This document shows positions 10,771-19,108 of a DNA stretch of 32,000 nucleotides, one piece after another (the stretch's first letter is position 1; the number at the start of each line of letters is the position of its first letter). The stretch lies in contig NC_017039.1 in assembly GCF_000284455.1 (NCBI RefSeq), positions 2,190,001-2,222,000 on the forward strand. Reading direction: 5' to 3'. The notes beneath the pieces were generated by a model. It saw only the letters and a list, made by a program, of their open reading frames with translations. It did no database searches and was not told the origin of the DNA. Origin of the DNA: Synechocystis sp. PCC 6803 substr. PCC-P. GTDB taxonomy: Bacteria > Cyanobacteriota > Cyanobacteriia > Cyanobacteriales > Microcystaceae. Made by a program: the position numbers and the translations under genes.

Positions 10771-11880
10771 ATGGCTTTGGAATACATGATCGAAGACCTC
10801 ATGGAGCAGTTGGTGGAAATGGGCGGCTCCGATATGCACATTCAAGCGGGGGCACCGGTTTATTTCCGGGTGAGCGGCAAATTAGAACCGATTAACGAGG
10901 AAGTTTTAACTCCCCAGGAAAGCCAAAAGTTAATCTTCAGCATGCTGAACAATTCCCAACGGAAAGAACTAGAACAAAATTGGGAATTGGACTGTTCCTA
11001 TGGCGTGAAAGGTTTAGCTCGTTTCCGGATTAACGTTTACAAAGAACGGGGTTGTTATGCCGCCTGTTTACGGGCCCTTTCTTCTAAAATTCCCAACTTT
11101 GAACAATTGGGACTGCCCAACATTGTGCGGGAAATGGCGGAACGCCCCCGGGGACTAATTCTAGTGACGGGACAAACTGGCTCCGGTAAAACCACCACTT
11201 TGGCAGCAATTTTAGACTTAATTAACCGCACCAGGGCCGAACATATTCTCACCATCGAAGATCCGATCGAGTATGTGTTTCCCAACGTGCGCAGTCTTTT
11301 TCACCAGCGGCAACGGGGGGAAGATACGAAAAGTTTCTCCAATGCTCTGCGGGCAGCGTTACGGGAAGATCCGGACATTGTACTGGTGGGAGAATTGCGG
11401 GATTTGGAAACCATTGCCCTTGCCATCACTGCGGCAGAAACCGGACACTTGGTTTTTGGCACTCTCCACACCAACTCAGCAGCGGGCACCATTGACCGGA
11501 TGTTGGATGTGTTTCCGGCTAACCAACAGGCCCAAATTAGAGCCATGTTATCCAACTCTTTACTAGCGGTATTTGCCCAAAACTTAGTCAAGAAAAAGTC
11601 CCCCAAACCCGGGGAGTTTGGCCGGGCCCTAGTGCAGGAAATTATGGTCATTACCCCGGCGATCGCCAACCTAATTCGGGAAGGCAAAGCGGCCCAGATT
11701 TATTCCGCCATTCAAACCGGAGCAAAACTAGGTATGCAGACCATGGAACAGGGCCTGGCCACGTTGGTGGTGTCGGGGGTAATTTCCCTGGAAGAAGGTT
11801 TAGCTAAGAGTGGTAAGCCGGACGAGCTACAGCGCTTAATCGGTGGCATGACCCCCCAGGTTGCCGCTAAACGTCGTTAG
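10771..11880 (+). CDS. pilT1: type IV pilus retraction ATPase PilT
   Basis: 369 aa with Walker A GQTGSGKTTT, Asp box, Walker B ILVGELRD and His box GHLVFGTLHT. The N-terminus reads GGSDMHIQAGAPVYFRV. An AGGAG Shine-Dalgarno lies 11 nt upstream of the ATG. Confidence 0.93.
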   Translation: MALEYMIEDLMEQLVEMGGSDMHIQAGAPVYFRVSGKLEPINEEVLTPQESQKLIFSMLNNSQRKELEQNWELDCSYGVKGLARFRINVYKERGCYAACLRALSSKIPNFEQLGLPNIVREMAERPRGLILVTGQTGSGKTTTLAAILDLINRTRAEHILTIEDPIEYVFPNVRSLFHQRQRGEDTKSFSNALRAALREDPDIVLVGELRDLETIALAITAAETGHLVFGTLHTNSAAGTIDRMLDVFPANQQAQIRAMLSNSLLAVFAQNLVKKKSPKPGEFGRALVQEIMVITPAIANLIREGKAAQIYSAIQTGAKLGMQTMEQGLATLVVSGVISLEEGLAKSGKPDELQRLIGGMTPQVAAKRR

Positions 11881-11983
11881 CATACGGAAATATACCGATT
11901 AACATAAGTTTTTCGGTGCAATCCCCCTAATCATCTGACCCCAAACTATTAAGCTCGTAAAATTGTGACGGAGACAATTAACC

Positions 11984-13198
11984 ATGGCTACGTTTGTCGC
12001 TCAAGTTAAAGATCGTAAAGGTAAAACCACCAAAGCCAAGGTGGAAGCCATGAGTCCAGAACAGGCTCGTACCATCCTCCGCCAACAATACGCGGCGATC
12101 GGCCCCATTAAGCCAGCCGGAGGGGAAATAAACCTCGAATTCCTGGAAAATTTACTTAACAACGTTAGTGTCAAGGACAAAGCGGTTTTCTCCCGACAGT
12201 TTTCCGTCATGATCAACGCTGGCGTGGCGATCGTTCGTTGTTTGGGGGTGCTGTCGGAACAATGTCCTAATCCCAAACTGAAAAGGGCATTAACGGGTAT
12301 TAGTGGGGAAGTTCAACAGGGCACTAACCTTTCTGAAGCCATGGGCAAATATCCCGAATGTTTTGATGACCTCTACGTCAGCATGGTGGAAGCAGGGGAA
12401 ACGGGGGGGGTTTTAGACGAAGTTCTCAACCGACTTTCCAAACTGCTGGAAGACATGGCCCGTCTGCAAAACCAAATTAAATCCGCCATGGCTTATCCGG
12501 TGGCAGTAGGTTTCTTGGCGGTGGTGGCTTTTCTCGGTATGACCATCTTCCTCATCCCTGTCTTTGCGGGAATTTTTGATGACCTGGGGGGAGAACTGCC
12601 CGCTTTAACCAAATTTATGGTCGGCCTAAGTAACTTTTTAAGAAGTCCAATGGCCGTCATCCCCGTAATTGTTATTGTGGTTGCCGTTTTTCTATTCAAA
12701 AAATATTACGGAACCTATGCTGGGCGGCGACAAGTCGATGCGGTGATGTTGAAACTACCTTTGTTTGGTCCCCTGAATGAAAAAACCGCTGTAGCTAGGT
12801 TTTGCCGGGTATTTGGCACCCTTACCCGTTCGGGGGTTCCCATTATTCAGTCTTTGGAAATTGTTTGTAATACTGTGCCCAATAAAGTGATTTCCGATGC
12901 GATCGCCGGGGCTATTAGTGAAATTCAACAGGGGGGCATGATGAGTTTGGCTCTGCAACAAAGTAAGGTTTTCCCCTCTTTGGCGATTCAAATGATTAGT
13001 ATTGGGGAAGAAACGGGGGAACTGGATGCCATGATGATGAAAGTGGCGGACTTCTATGAAGACGAAGTAGAACAAACCGTCAAAGCGTTGACTAGTATTA
13101 TAGAACCAGCTATGATGGTGCTGATTGCCGGTATGGTCGGGACAATTTTGCTTTCCATGTATCTACCCATGTTTGCCATCTTTGATCAGTTAGGTTAA
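11984..13198 (+). CDS. pilC: type IV pilus platform protein PilC (GspF family), intact
   Basis: 404 aa containing two GspF repeats (FSRQFSVMINAGV..., FCRVFGTLTRSGVP..., IGEETGELD) and three TM segments. It lies downstream of pilT. Confidence 0.92.
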   Translation: MATFVAQVKDRKGKTTKAKVEAMSPEQARTILRQQYAAIGPIKPAGGEINLEFLENLLNNVSVKDKAVFSRQFSVMINAGVAIVRCLGVLSEQCPNPKLKRALTGISGEVQQGTNLSEAMGKYPECFDDLYVSMVEAGETGGVLDEVLNRLSKLLEDMARLQNQIKSAMAYPVAVGFLAVVAFLGMTIFLIPVFAGIFDDLGGELPALTKFMVGLSNFLRSPMAVIPVIVIVVAVFLFKKYYGTYAGRRQVDAVMLKLPLFGPLNEKTAVARFCRVFGTLTRSGVPIIQSLEIVCNTVPNKVISDAIAGAISEIQQGGMMSLALQQSKVFPSLAIQMISIGEETGELDAMMMKVADFYEDEVEQTVKALTSIIEPAMMVLIAGMVGTILLSMYLPMFAIFDQLG

Positions 13199-13599
13199 TT
13201 CAATTTTTGCCGCTGTAGTTGTGAAGAGAGTAGGGCGTCACAAAAAAAGTATTAGCGCTCTGCTTTCTTCTGATTGCTTGTGACAACTTGCTTTGATCAA
13301 TGCATGAAGCAACAGGGCGATCGCCACCATTACTTAGGAGGTCGACGTTTTTTGTGACCATTACTGGCCAATTTTGACCACGGCTTAGTCATTGGGGGTT
13401 CCTTGCCGGGGGACGCTTGGGAACTCGCGATCAGGAACAAGAGAAGGGCGACGAAATTACGTTCTGGGGGGCCGCTTTGCCCTAGGGAAACTTGCAGAGA
13501 AGGTTAAACTTAAAGGAAAATGATCGTAACCAATATCCACGGGCAAATAAGGCATTCCTCTGGTTTCGCCTTTTTATCCATCGACCCCAACCTGACAGC

Positions 13600-14277
13600 A
13601 TGGAAATAACTGCGGTTCAATCCTCCTACTATGGCGACATGGCTTTCAAAACGCCGCCGCCGGATCTTGAATCACTTCTGCTTAAAGAGCGCATCGTTTA
13701 CTTGGGAATGCCGCTTTTCTCCTCCGACGAGGTCAAGCAACAGGTCGGCATTGATGTGACCCAGTTGATTATTGCCCAACTGCTCTATCTCCAATTCGAC
13801 GATCCCGATAAACCAATCTATTTTTATATCAACTCCACTGGCACTTCCTGGTACACCGGCGATGCAGTGGGTTTTGAGACCGAAGCCTTCGCCATTTGCG
13901 ACACCCTCAACTACATCAAGCCCCCAGTGCATACCATTTGCATTGGTCAAGCCATGGGCACCGCCGCCATGATTCTTTCCTCTGGCACTAAGGGTTACCG
14001 TGCTAGTCTGCCCCACGCCACCATTGTCCTCAACCAAAACCGCACCGGAGCCCAGGGTCAGGCAACGGATATCCAAATTCGGGCCAAAGAAGTGATTTCC
14101 AACAAACAGACTATGCTGGAAATTCTTTCCCTCAACACTGGCCAAACCCAGGAAAAGTTAGCTAAAGACATGGACCGAACCTTTTACCTCACCCCTGCCC
14201 AGGCCAAGGAGTATGGACTGATTGACCGGGTGTTAGAAAGTCCAGCGGAATTGCCTAAACCAATGGCAGTGATTTAG
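13600..14277 (+). CDS. clpR: ClpR, catalytically inactive ClpP paralogue
   Basis: ORF 13492..14277 trimmed to ATG 13600 (MEITAVQSSYYGDM...). ClpP fold, but aligned to the neighbouring ClpP the triad positions differ: Ser to Gly (GQAMGTAAM vs GLAASMGAF), His to Asn (IVLNQN vs IMIHQP), Asp to Thr (MDRTF vs TDRDY). There is also a ~9-aa insertion (TSWYTGDAVGFE). Confidence 0.88.
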   Translation: MEITAVQSSYYGDMAFKTPPPDLESLLLKERIVYLGMPLFSSDEVKQQVGIDVTQLIIAQLLYLQFDDPDKPIYFYINSTGTSWYTGDAVGFETEAFAICDTLNYIKPPVHTICIGQAMGTAAMILSSGTKGYRASLPHATIVLNQNRTGAQGQATDIQIRAKEVISNKQTMLEILSLNTGQTQEKLAKDMDRTFYLTPAQAKEYGLIDRVLESPAELPKPMAVI

Positions 14278-14313
14278 TTAGTTTCCATTCTTTCCTGCCA
14301 ACCAAGCCCCCTT

Positions 14314-14334
14314 AGGTCAAATCCCGACCTTTTT
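14314..14334 (+). terminator. weak hairpin plus T-run between clpR and clpP (possible attenuator)
   Basis: AGGTC-aaatccc-GACCT followed by TTTT. The stem is only 5 bp. Confidence 0.25.
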
Positions 14335-14376
14335 AATGTAGCCAAATTCCCTTCCCAAATTTAAGCGTAGAAACCC

Positions 14377-14985
14377 ATGCCTATAGGTGTTCCCAGTGTT
14401 CCGTTTCGTCTTCCCGGCAGTCAGTATGAACGGTGGATTGATATTTATACTCGGCTGAGCCAAGAGCGGATTATTTTCCTTGGCCAAGAGGTGAATGATT
14501 CGATCGCCAATCGGATTGTGGCATTTTTGTTATACCTGGATTCCGATGATCCGAGTAAGCCGATTTATCTCTATATCAATTCCCCTGGTGGTTCAGTAAC
14601 TGCGGGTATGGCCATTTACGACACCATGCAATATATCAAGGCAGAAGTGATCACCATTTGCGTTGGTTTGGCCGCATCCATGGGGGCGTTTTTGTTAGCC
14701 TCCGGGGCACCAGGAAAACGGTTAGCCCTGCCCCATGCCCGGATTATGATCCACCAACCCATGGGCGGTACTGGCCGCCGTCAAGCAACGGACATTGACA
14801 TTGAAGCCAGGGAAATTCTCCGCATTCGTCAACAGTTGAACGAAATTATGGCCCAACGTACCGGCCAAACTGTGGAAAAAATTGCCAAGGATACCGACCG
14901 GGACTATTTCCTATCAGCGGCAGAAGCAAAGGAGTACGGCTTGATCGATAAAGTGATTGAAAACTCCACCATGGGCAATAACTAA
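14377..14985 (+). CDS. clpP: ATP-dependent Clp protease proteolytic subunit
   Basis: 202 aa with an intact triad context: GLAASMG (Ser), IMIHQP (His), DTDRDYF (Asp). Its position after clpR matches the cyanobacterial clpR-clpP3 operon. Confidence 0.93.
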   Translation: MPIGVPSVPFRLPGSQYERWIDIYTRLSQERIIFLGQEVNDSIANRIVAFLLYLDSDDPSKPIYLYINSPGGSVTAGMAIYDTMQYIKAEVITICVGLAASMGAFLLASGAPGKRLALPHARIMIHQPMGGTGRRQATDIDIEAREILRIRQQLNEIMAQRTGQTVEKIAKDTDRDYFLSAAEAKEYGLIDKVIENSTMGNN

Positions 14986-15050
14986 GCTAATAGCCCAATC
15001 AATAATTGTTTCTTGGCAAAACCTCTGGCAAGGTTCCAAGATAAGATCCA

Positions 15051-15091
15051 TCTCCCCATTACGGTTAAAACAAACCTGGGGAGATTTTTTT
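15051..15091 (+). terminator. Rho-independent terminator downstream of clpP
   Basis: TCTCCCCA (15051-15058) pairs with TGGGGAGA (15077-15084). There is an inner GGTT/AACC pairing, and the stem is followed by TTTTTTT (15085-15091). Confidence 0.6.
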
Positions 15092-15195
15092 GCTCTGGAA
15101 ATTGATCACAGAAGGGAGTTCAGTCAGAATCCTGAGTCAGCCGCCGGAATCCCTTCCGGGCCGGGACTTTGAGCAGATTTACAGGGTTTAGCCCA

Positions 15196-16521
15196 TCAAT
15201 GTTCTAAATCGGCGATCGCCTTGGGCACGGCACTGGTTAACACATCGGGGCCTTGGGCAGTGACCAATACGTCATCCTCAATGCGAATGCCAATACCTCG
15301 CCATTGTTCCGGCACTTCCGGCTGTCCTTCGGCGGGTTTAATATCGGGGGCGATGTAAATACCCGGTTCTACGGTGAGCACTTGCCCTGGCTCCAACACC
15401 GTCCAGGTTTCCTTATCCTGTTTGTAATTGCCGGCATCGTGGACATCTAGCCCCAGCCAATGGCCGGTGCGATGCATATAGAAGGGCTTATATTTTTCTT
15501 CTTTGATAATTTCCTCCTTATTTCCCACCAGTAGACCCAAATCCATCAGACCATCCACAATCACGGACACTGCCGCATCATGGTATTCGTGGTAGGGATT
15601 GCCCGCCTGTACCTTGGCGATCGCCGCTTCCTGGGCAGTTAGAACAATTTCGTAGAGGGTGCGTTGTTCGGGACTAAATTTACCGTTGATGGGAAAGGTA
15701 CGGGTGATGTCACCGTTATAGTAACCGTAGGCACAACCTGCATCGATGAGTAGTAAATCCCCATCTTGCAAAGGGCAGTCATTGTTGATGTAGTGCAAAA
15801 TACAGGCATTTTTTCCTGCCGCCACAATGGAAGGATAAGCCGGCCCCAGGCCCCCTTCCCGCCGAAAAATAATTTCCAATTCCGCCTGCACTTGATATTC
15901 GTAATGTCCCGGTCGAGCAAATTCCATGGCCCGTTGATGGGCGATCGCCGACAGGTCACAGGCCCGCCGCAACAAGGCTAATTCAGTTTCACTTTTAACT
16001 TGCCGGAGGGGATGCACCAAGGGATGGGAATTCACTAAAGCTTGGGGACCATAGCCTTGGCGGGGATAGGCGGCCAATTGTTTTTGCCAGTGCTTGAGGA
16101 TGGTTTGATTTAACGCTTCATCTCGACCGAGGTGGTAATGGATTTTATCTGCCTTTTCCAGATATTTCGGTAAATGCTCATCCAATTCCCCAATGGGATA
16201 GGCAATGTCCGACCCAAAGCTGGATTGAACCCCCTCCACACCGTAGCGAATGCCCGTCCAGGTTTCCTTGGCTGGATCCTTGGGTTGCACAAATAGAATA
16301 AATTGATGTTCTTCGTGGTGGGGCGCAAAAACGGCGATCGCCTCCGGTTCATTGAAGCCCGTCAGGTAATAAAAATCACTATCTTGACGAAATACGTATT
16401 CCACATCGTTGTGCATCACCGCCTGGGGCGCACTGGCAAAAATGGCCGTCCCCTGGCCTAGCTTGGCCATTAGGCGATCGCGACGTTGACGATATTCAGC
16501 GGAACTAACAACCGGATGCAT
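15196..16521 (-). CDS. pepP: Xaa-Pro aminopeptidase (aminopeptidase P, M24B)
   Basis: ORF begins at TTG 16527; the ATG two codons in, at 16521, is preferred. M24 metal ligand contexts are present: LIDAGCAYGYYNGDITRT, HWLGLDVHD, LTVEPGIY, GIRIEDD. It also has an N-terminal AMP_N-like domain. Confidence 0.9.
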   Translation of the reverse strand: MHPVVSSAEYRQRRDRLMAKLGQGTAIFASAPQAVMHNDVEYVFRQDSDFYYLTGFNEPEAIAVFAPHHEEHQFILFVQPKDPAKETWTGIRYGVEGVQSSFGSDIAYPIGELDEHLPKYLEKADKIHYHLGRDEALNQTILKHWQKQLAAYPRQGYGPQALVNSHPLVHPLRQVKSETELALLRRACDLSAIAHQRAMEFARPGHYEYQVQAELEIIFRREGGLGPAYPSIVAAGKNACILHYINNDCPLQDGDLLLIDAGCAYGYYNGDITRTFPINGKFSPEQRTLYEIVLTAQEAAIAKVQAGNPYHEYHDAAVSVIVDGLMDLGLLVGNKEEIIKEEKYKPFYMHRTGHWLGLDVHDAGNYKQDKETWTVLEPGQVLTVEPGIYIAPDIKPAEGQPEVPEQWRGIGIRIEDDVLVTAQGPDVLTSAVPKAIADLEH

Positions 16522-16603
16522 GGGCAAAAGTCAGACGAGTGAAAGGTCAATTCCCCCATTTTACCGGCTCGGAAAAAAGCACGACCAGATTCAAACCGGA
16601 GGT

Positions 16604-17488
16604 TCATGGGGCAGGGGGATAATACTTGCCCAAAAGCAAAGATAACTTTTCGTAGGTGGCGGCAGGAAACTTGTCCGGGGGAGTTAGCACCGCATACTGT
16701 AAAGCTCTGTGGGCAATGGATTCAAAGGGATTGGCCGCCAATTGTTTGACCGTTTCCAGGATCACCTGTTGGGCATTGACCGCATTTTTTTGCAGATTAC
16801 CAATCACCATTTCCACCGTCACATGGTCATGGTCTGGGTGCCAGCAGTCATAGTCCGTCACCAGGGCCAAAGTGGCGTAGGCAATTTCCGCTTCCCTAGC
16901 TAGCTTGGCCTCCGGCAAATTGGTCATACCAATGACAGTACCGCCCCAACTGCGATACAAATTCGATTCCGCAATGGTGGAAAAGGCTGGTCCTTCCATG
17001 GACACATAGGTTCCCCGATCGTGGAGCGTCACCCCTTCCAACTCCAAACCGGCGATCGCCGTAGAGAGACACTGGGCTAACTGAGGGCAAATCGGATTAC
17101 CAAAACCAATGTGGGCCACAATCCCCTCGCCAAAAAAAGTGGAGATTCGCTGGCGGGTGCGGTCAATGAATTGATCCGGAACGACCATATCCAAAGGTTT
17201 TGCTTCTGCCTGCAAAGAACCCACCGCTGACGCAGAAATTAAATATTTCACCCCCAACTGTTTCATGCCATGGATATTGGCTCGAAAAGGAATCTCACTG
17301 GGCAAAAGGTGATGTCCCCGACCATGGCGGGCTAAAAAGGCCACCCGCACCCCGGCCAATTCCCCCACAATGAAACTGTCCGAGGGAGCGCCAAAGGGAG
17401 TATCAAGGGTTACCTCCTCAACATTTTTGAGGGCTTCCATTTGATAGAGGCCGCTGCCGCCGATGATGCCAATTGGTGCATTTACCAT
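16604..17488 (-). CDS. mtnP: S-methyl-5'-thioadenosine phosphorylase
   Basis: ORF trimmed to ATG 17488 ([15 protein letters not shown]...). PNP/MTAP family motifs are present: [31 protein letters not shown]. The 32-aa upstream extension would overlap the next gene. Confidence 0.9.
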
Positions 17489-17528
17489 GGTGGAATTTTT
17501 TCTAATAAAACAACTGACCCTTCCAGGC

Positions 17529-17765
17529 TTAGTCTTCGTCCATATCGTCACTGCCGTCATCGCCATAGAGATTATCATCCCCATCCATCAACTCAGCAAT
17601 GTCCACATCTTCGTCACTCATATTGCTGGTGGTACCTTCTTCAATTTCCCGATAAATCAAACGATTATTACTTTCTAGCCAGTCAATTAGGGACTGCTCA
17701 CGGGTAACGGGCAAAACTGCCGCCGGCTCGTAACGGGCTTCTCGACGGAGGGAGGGATTGTACAT
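17529..17765 (-). CDS. small hypothetical protein with extremely acidic C-terminus (78 aa)
   Basis: ATG at 17765 ([31 protein letters not shown]...). The C-terminal 35 aa are about half Asp/Glu. It possibly belongs to a small cyanobacteria-restricted DUF family, which I cannot verify. Confidence 0.5.
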
Positions 17766-17831
17766 AGTGCTTAGTGCCAACTATTGAATTATCTATACTT
17801 GAGCGACCCATCATTATAGCAAAATGGGCTT

Positions 17832-18020
17832 CTAGTCTGGAACAGTGGGTAAATTTCGGATTAGCTGACGCAACACTTCGGTTTTAGTCCGCCCTTCCGC
17901 CGCACAGTAACGCTCCAAATGAACCAAATCTTTTTCGGGTAAGCGAATTGTTAGTACCTTGTCGGATTTCGGTTTTGTTCTAATCATTGCCCTCACAGGA
18001 TCCTTCTCTTTCCCCAGCAT
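17832..18020 (-). CDS. ribbon-helix-helix (CopG/Arc-like) small DNA-binding protein, 62 aa
   Basis: VLTIRLPEKDLVHLERYCAAEGRTKTEVLRQLIRNL fits the strand-helix-helix RHH pattern. ATG start at 18020. Confidence 0.55.
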   Translation of the reverse strand: MLGKEKDPVRAMIRTKPKSDKVLTIRLPEKDLVHLERYCAAEGRTKTEVLRQLIRNLPTVPD

Positions 18021-18091
18021 AGCAACTTTCAGGGGATTACCATGGCATCACAGTAGGCGATCGCCTCTCCCTTTTGACATGGTCAAGTTGC

Positions 18092-18113
18092 CCTAAGAGC
18101 GTGTTTGAAAAGT
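18092..18113. repeat. left terminal inverted repeat of the IS
   Basis: CCTAAGAGCGTGTTTGAAAAGT, compared with the reverse complement of the right end, CTTAAGAATATGTTTGAAAAGT. Confidence 0.6.
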
Positions 18114-18159
18114 CGGCATAATTGGGAAAAATGGTGAAGAATATAGAATTTTCACCGTA

Positions 18160-18988
18160 ATGATACTGAGAGAATTTTACAGCAGCGACATCAGTGATAG
18201 CCAGTAGCAATTGGTAGAATCCAATCTCCCCCAAGCAAAAAGTGGGGGAAGAAAACGGAAAACTAATCCGAGGGAAGTGCTTAATGCCATTTTTTACATG
18301 CTCAGAGCGGGTTGTGCTTGGCGACTTCTACCCCATGATTTTCCCAAATGGCGAACAGTCTATGGTTATTTCCGACAGTGGCAGGAAGACGGTACCTGGA
18401 AAAAATTGAATCACATCCTCAGAAAGAAGATTCGACTTAAGGCCGGAAGAAATGCCAACCCTAGTGCTGGTTGTTTGGACTCACTCACAGTCAGTGAGAA
18501 AGGCTGGCGCTGGACAAGAAAGTGGTTATGACGGTGGAAAAAAGGTCAATGGTCGTAAACGTACAATCCTCGTGGATACCATGGGATTACTTCTCGATGT
18601 TGTGGTTCACAGCGCTCATCGCTCAGACCACCAAGGTCTTACTCTACTCGGTACTTGGTTTGCTCCTCTATGGCAGTGCCTGCAATTGATATGGACTGAT
18701 AGCACTTTTGGCAGTAAGAATTTTACTGCCTGGGTTAATGAGACCTTTGGCTAGAATTTGGAAATCGTCAGCAAAAAGGATGGACAAAAGGGTTTTGAGG
18801 TTTTGCCTCGACGTTGGGTTGTTGAACGTACCTTTGCTTGGTTTGGTCGCTACCGTCGTTTAAGCAAGGATTATGAATATTTACCTACCACCAGTGAGAC
18901 AATGCTCTATGTTGCCATGCTCCATCTCATGCTCCGAAGGCTTTGCCTCGAACTTTTCAAACATATTCTTAAGTTCCTTTGGGCTTAA
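18160..18988 (+). pseudogene. IS5-family DDE transposase, inactivated by two in-frame TAG codons and a 4-bp duplication
   Basis: The frame from ATG 18160 reads MILREFYSSDISDSQ*QLVESNLPQ..., with TAG at 18205-18207 where relatives have Trp. A tandem TCAC-TCAC at 18481-18488 shifts frame 1 to frame 2; deleting 4 nt restores ...LDSQSVRK.... A second TAG at 18752-18754 gives ETFG*NLEIV. The ORF track shows the three resulting pieces. Confidence 0.75.
18952..18973. repeat. right terminal inverted repeat of the IS
   Basis: ACTTTTCAAACATATTCTTAAG is the partner of 18092-18113. Confidence 0.6.
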
Positions 18989-19108
18989 AAAAGCTCCCGT
19001 GAGAACTATGGCTAACCCTTGCCATTGCTAATGGGTGGGCCCCAGGTTTTACGCTACCGTGGACAATAGTGACAATGCCAACACTTTTTGCAAATTTCCA
19101 ACTTTTCC

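Larger units (their letters stand above)
18092..18973 (+). mobile_element. IS5-family (IS427/ISY120-like) insertion sequence, ~882 bp, degenerate
   Basis: The terminal inverted repeats match 18/22 nt, including a perfect 12-nt core TGTTTGAAAAGT. They enclose a DDE transposase frame (DUF4096-like N-terminus REVLNAIFYMLRAGCAWRLLPHDFPKW; [23 protein letters not shown]). End coordinates are good to about 5 bp because a TAAG/TTAAG stretch could be part of the IR or a target duplication. Confidence 0.75.

Noticed and set aside
10374-10845. Two minus-strand ORFs (97 and 105 aa) in the pilT upstream region.
   Set aside because: They have no recognisable motifs. One overlaps the well-supported pilT start and the other overlaps the MFP start. 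Both use the long non-coding spacer opportunistically. I treat the region as a 393-bp divergent promoter/leader region instead.
13219-13242. TGTGA-N13-TCACA as a CRP binding site.
   Set aside because: The half-site spacing is 13 rather than the required 6. I kept it only as part of the heptamer-cluster observation, not as a called site.
14957-15172. 71-aa ORF downstream of clpP.
   Set aside because: It begins inside the clpP 3' end in another frame and reads straight through the predicted terminator hairpin. No motifs were seen.
18037-18234. 65-aa minus-strand ORF spanning the left IS boundary.
   Set aside because: It crosses the IS inverted repeat, runs antisense to the transposase 5' region, and has no motif or RBS.
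18452-18531. Overlap of the two transposase ORF pieces as a programmed ribosomal frameshift, as in many IS families.
   Set aside because: The shift needed is +1, not -1, and there is no slippery heptamer. The junction is explained exactly by a tandem 4-bp duplication (TCACTCAC). Two further in-frame TAG codons also break the frame, so mutational decay is the simpler reading.
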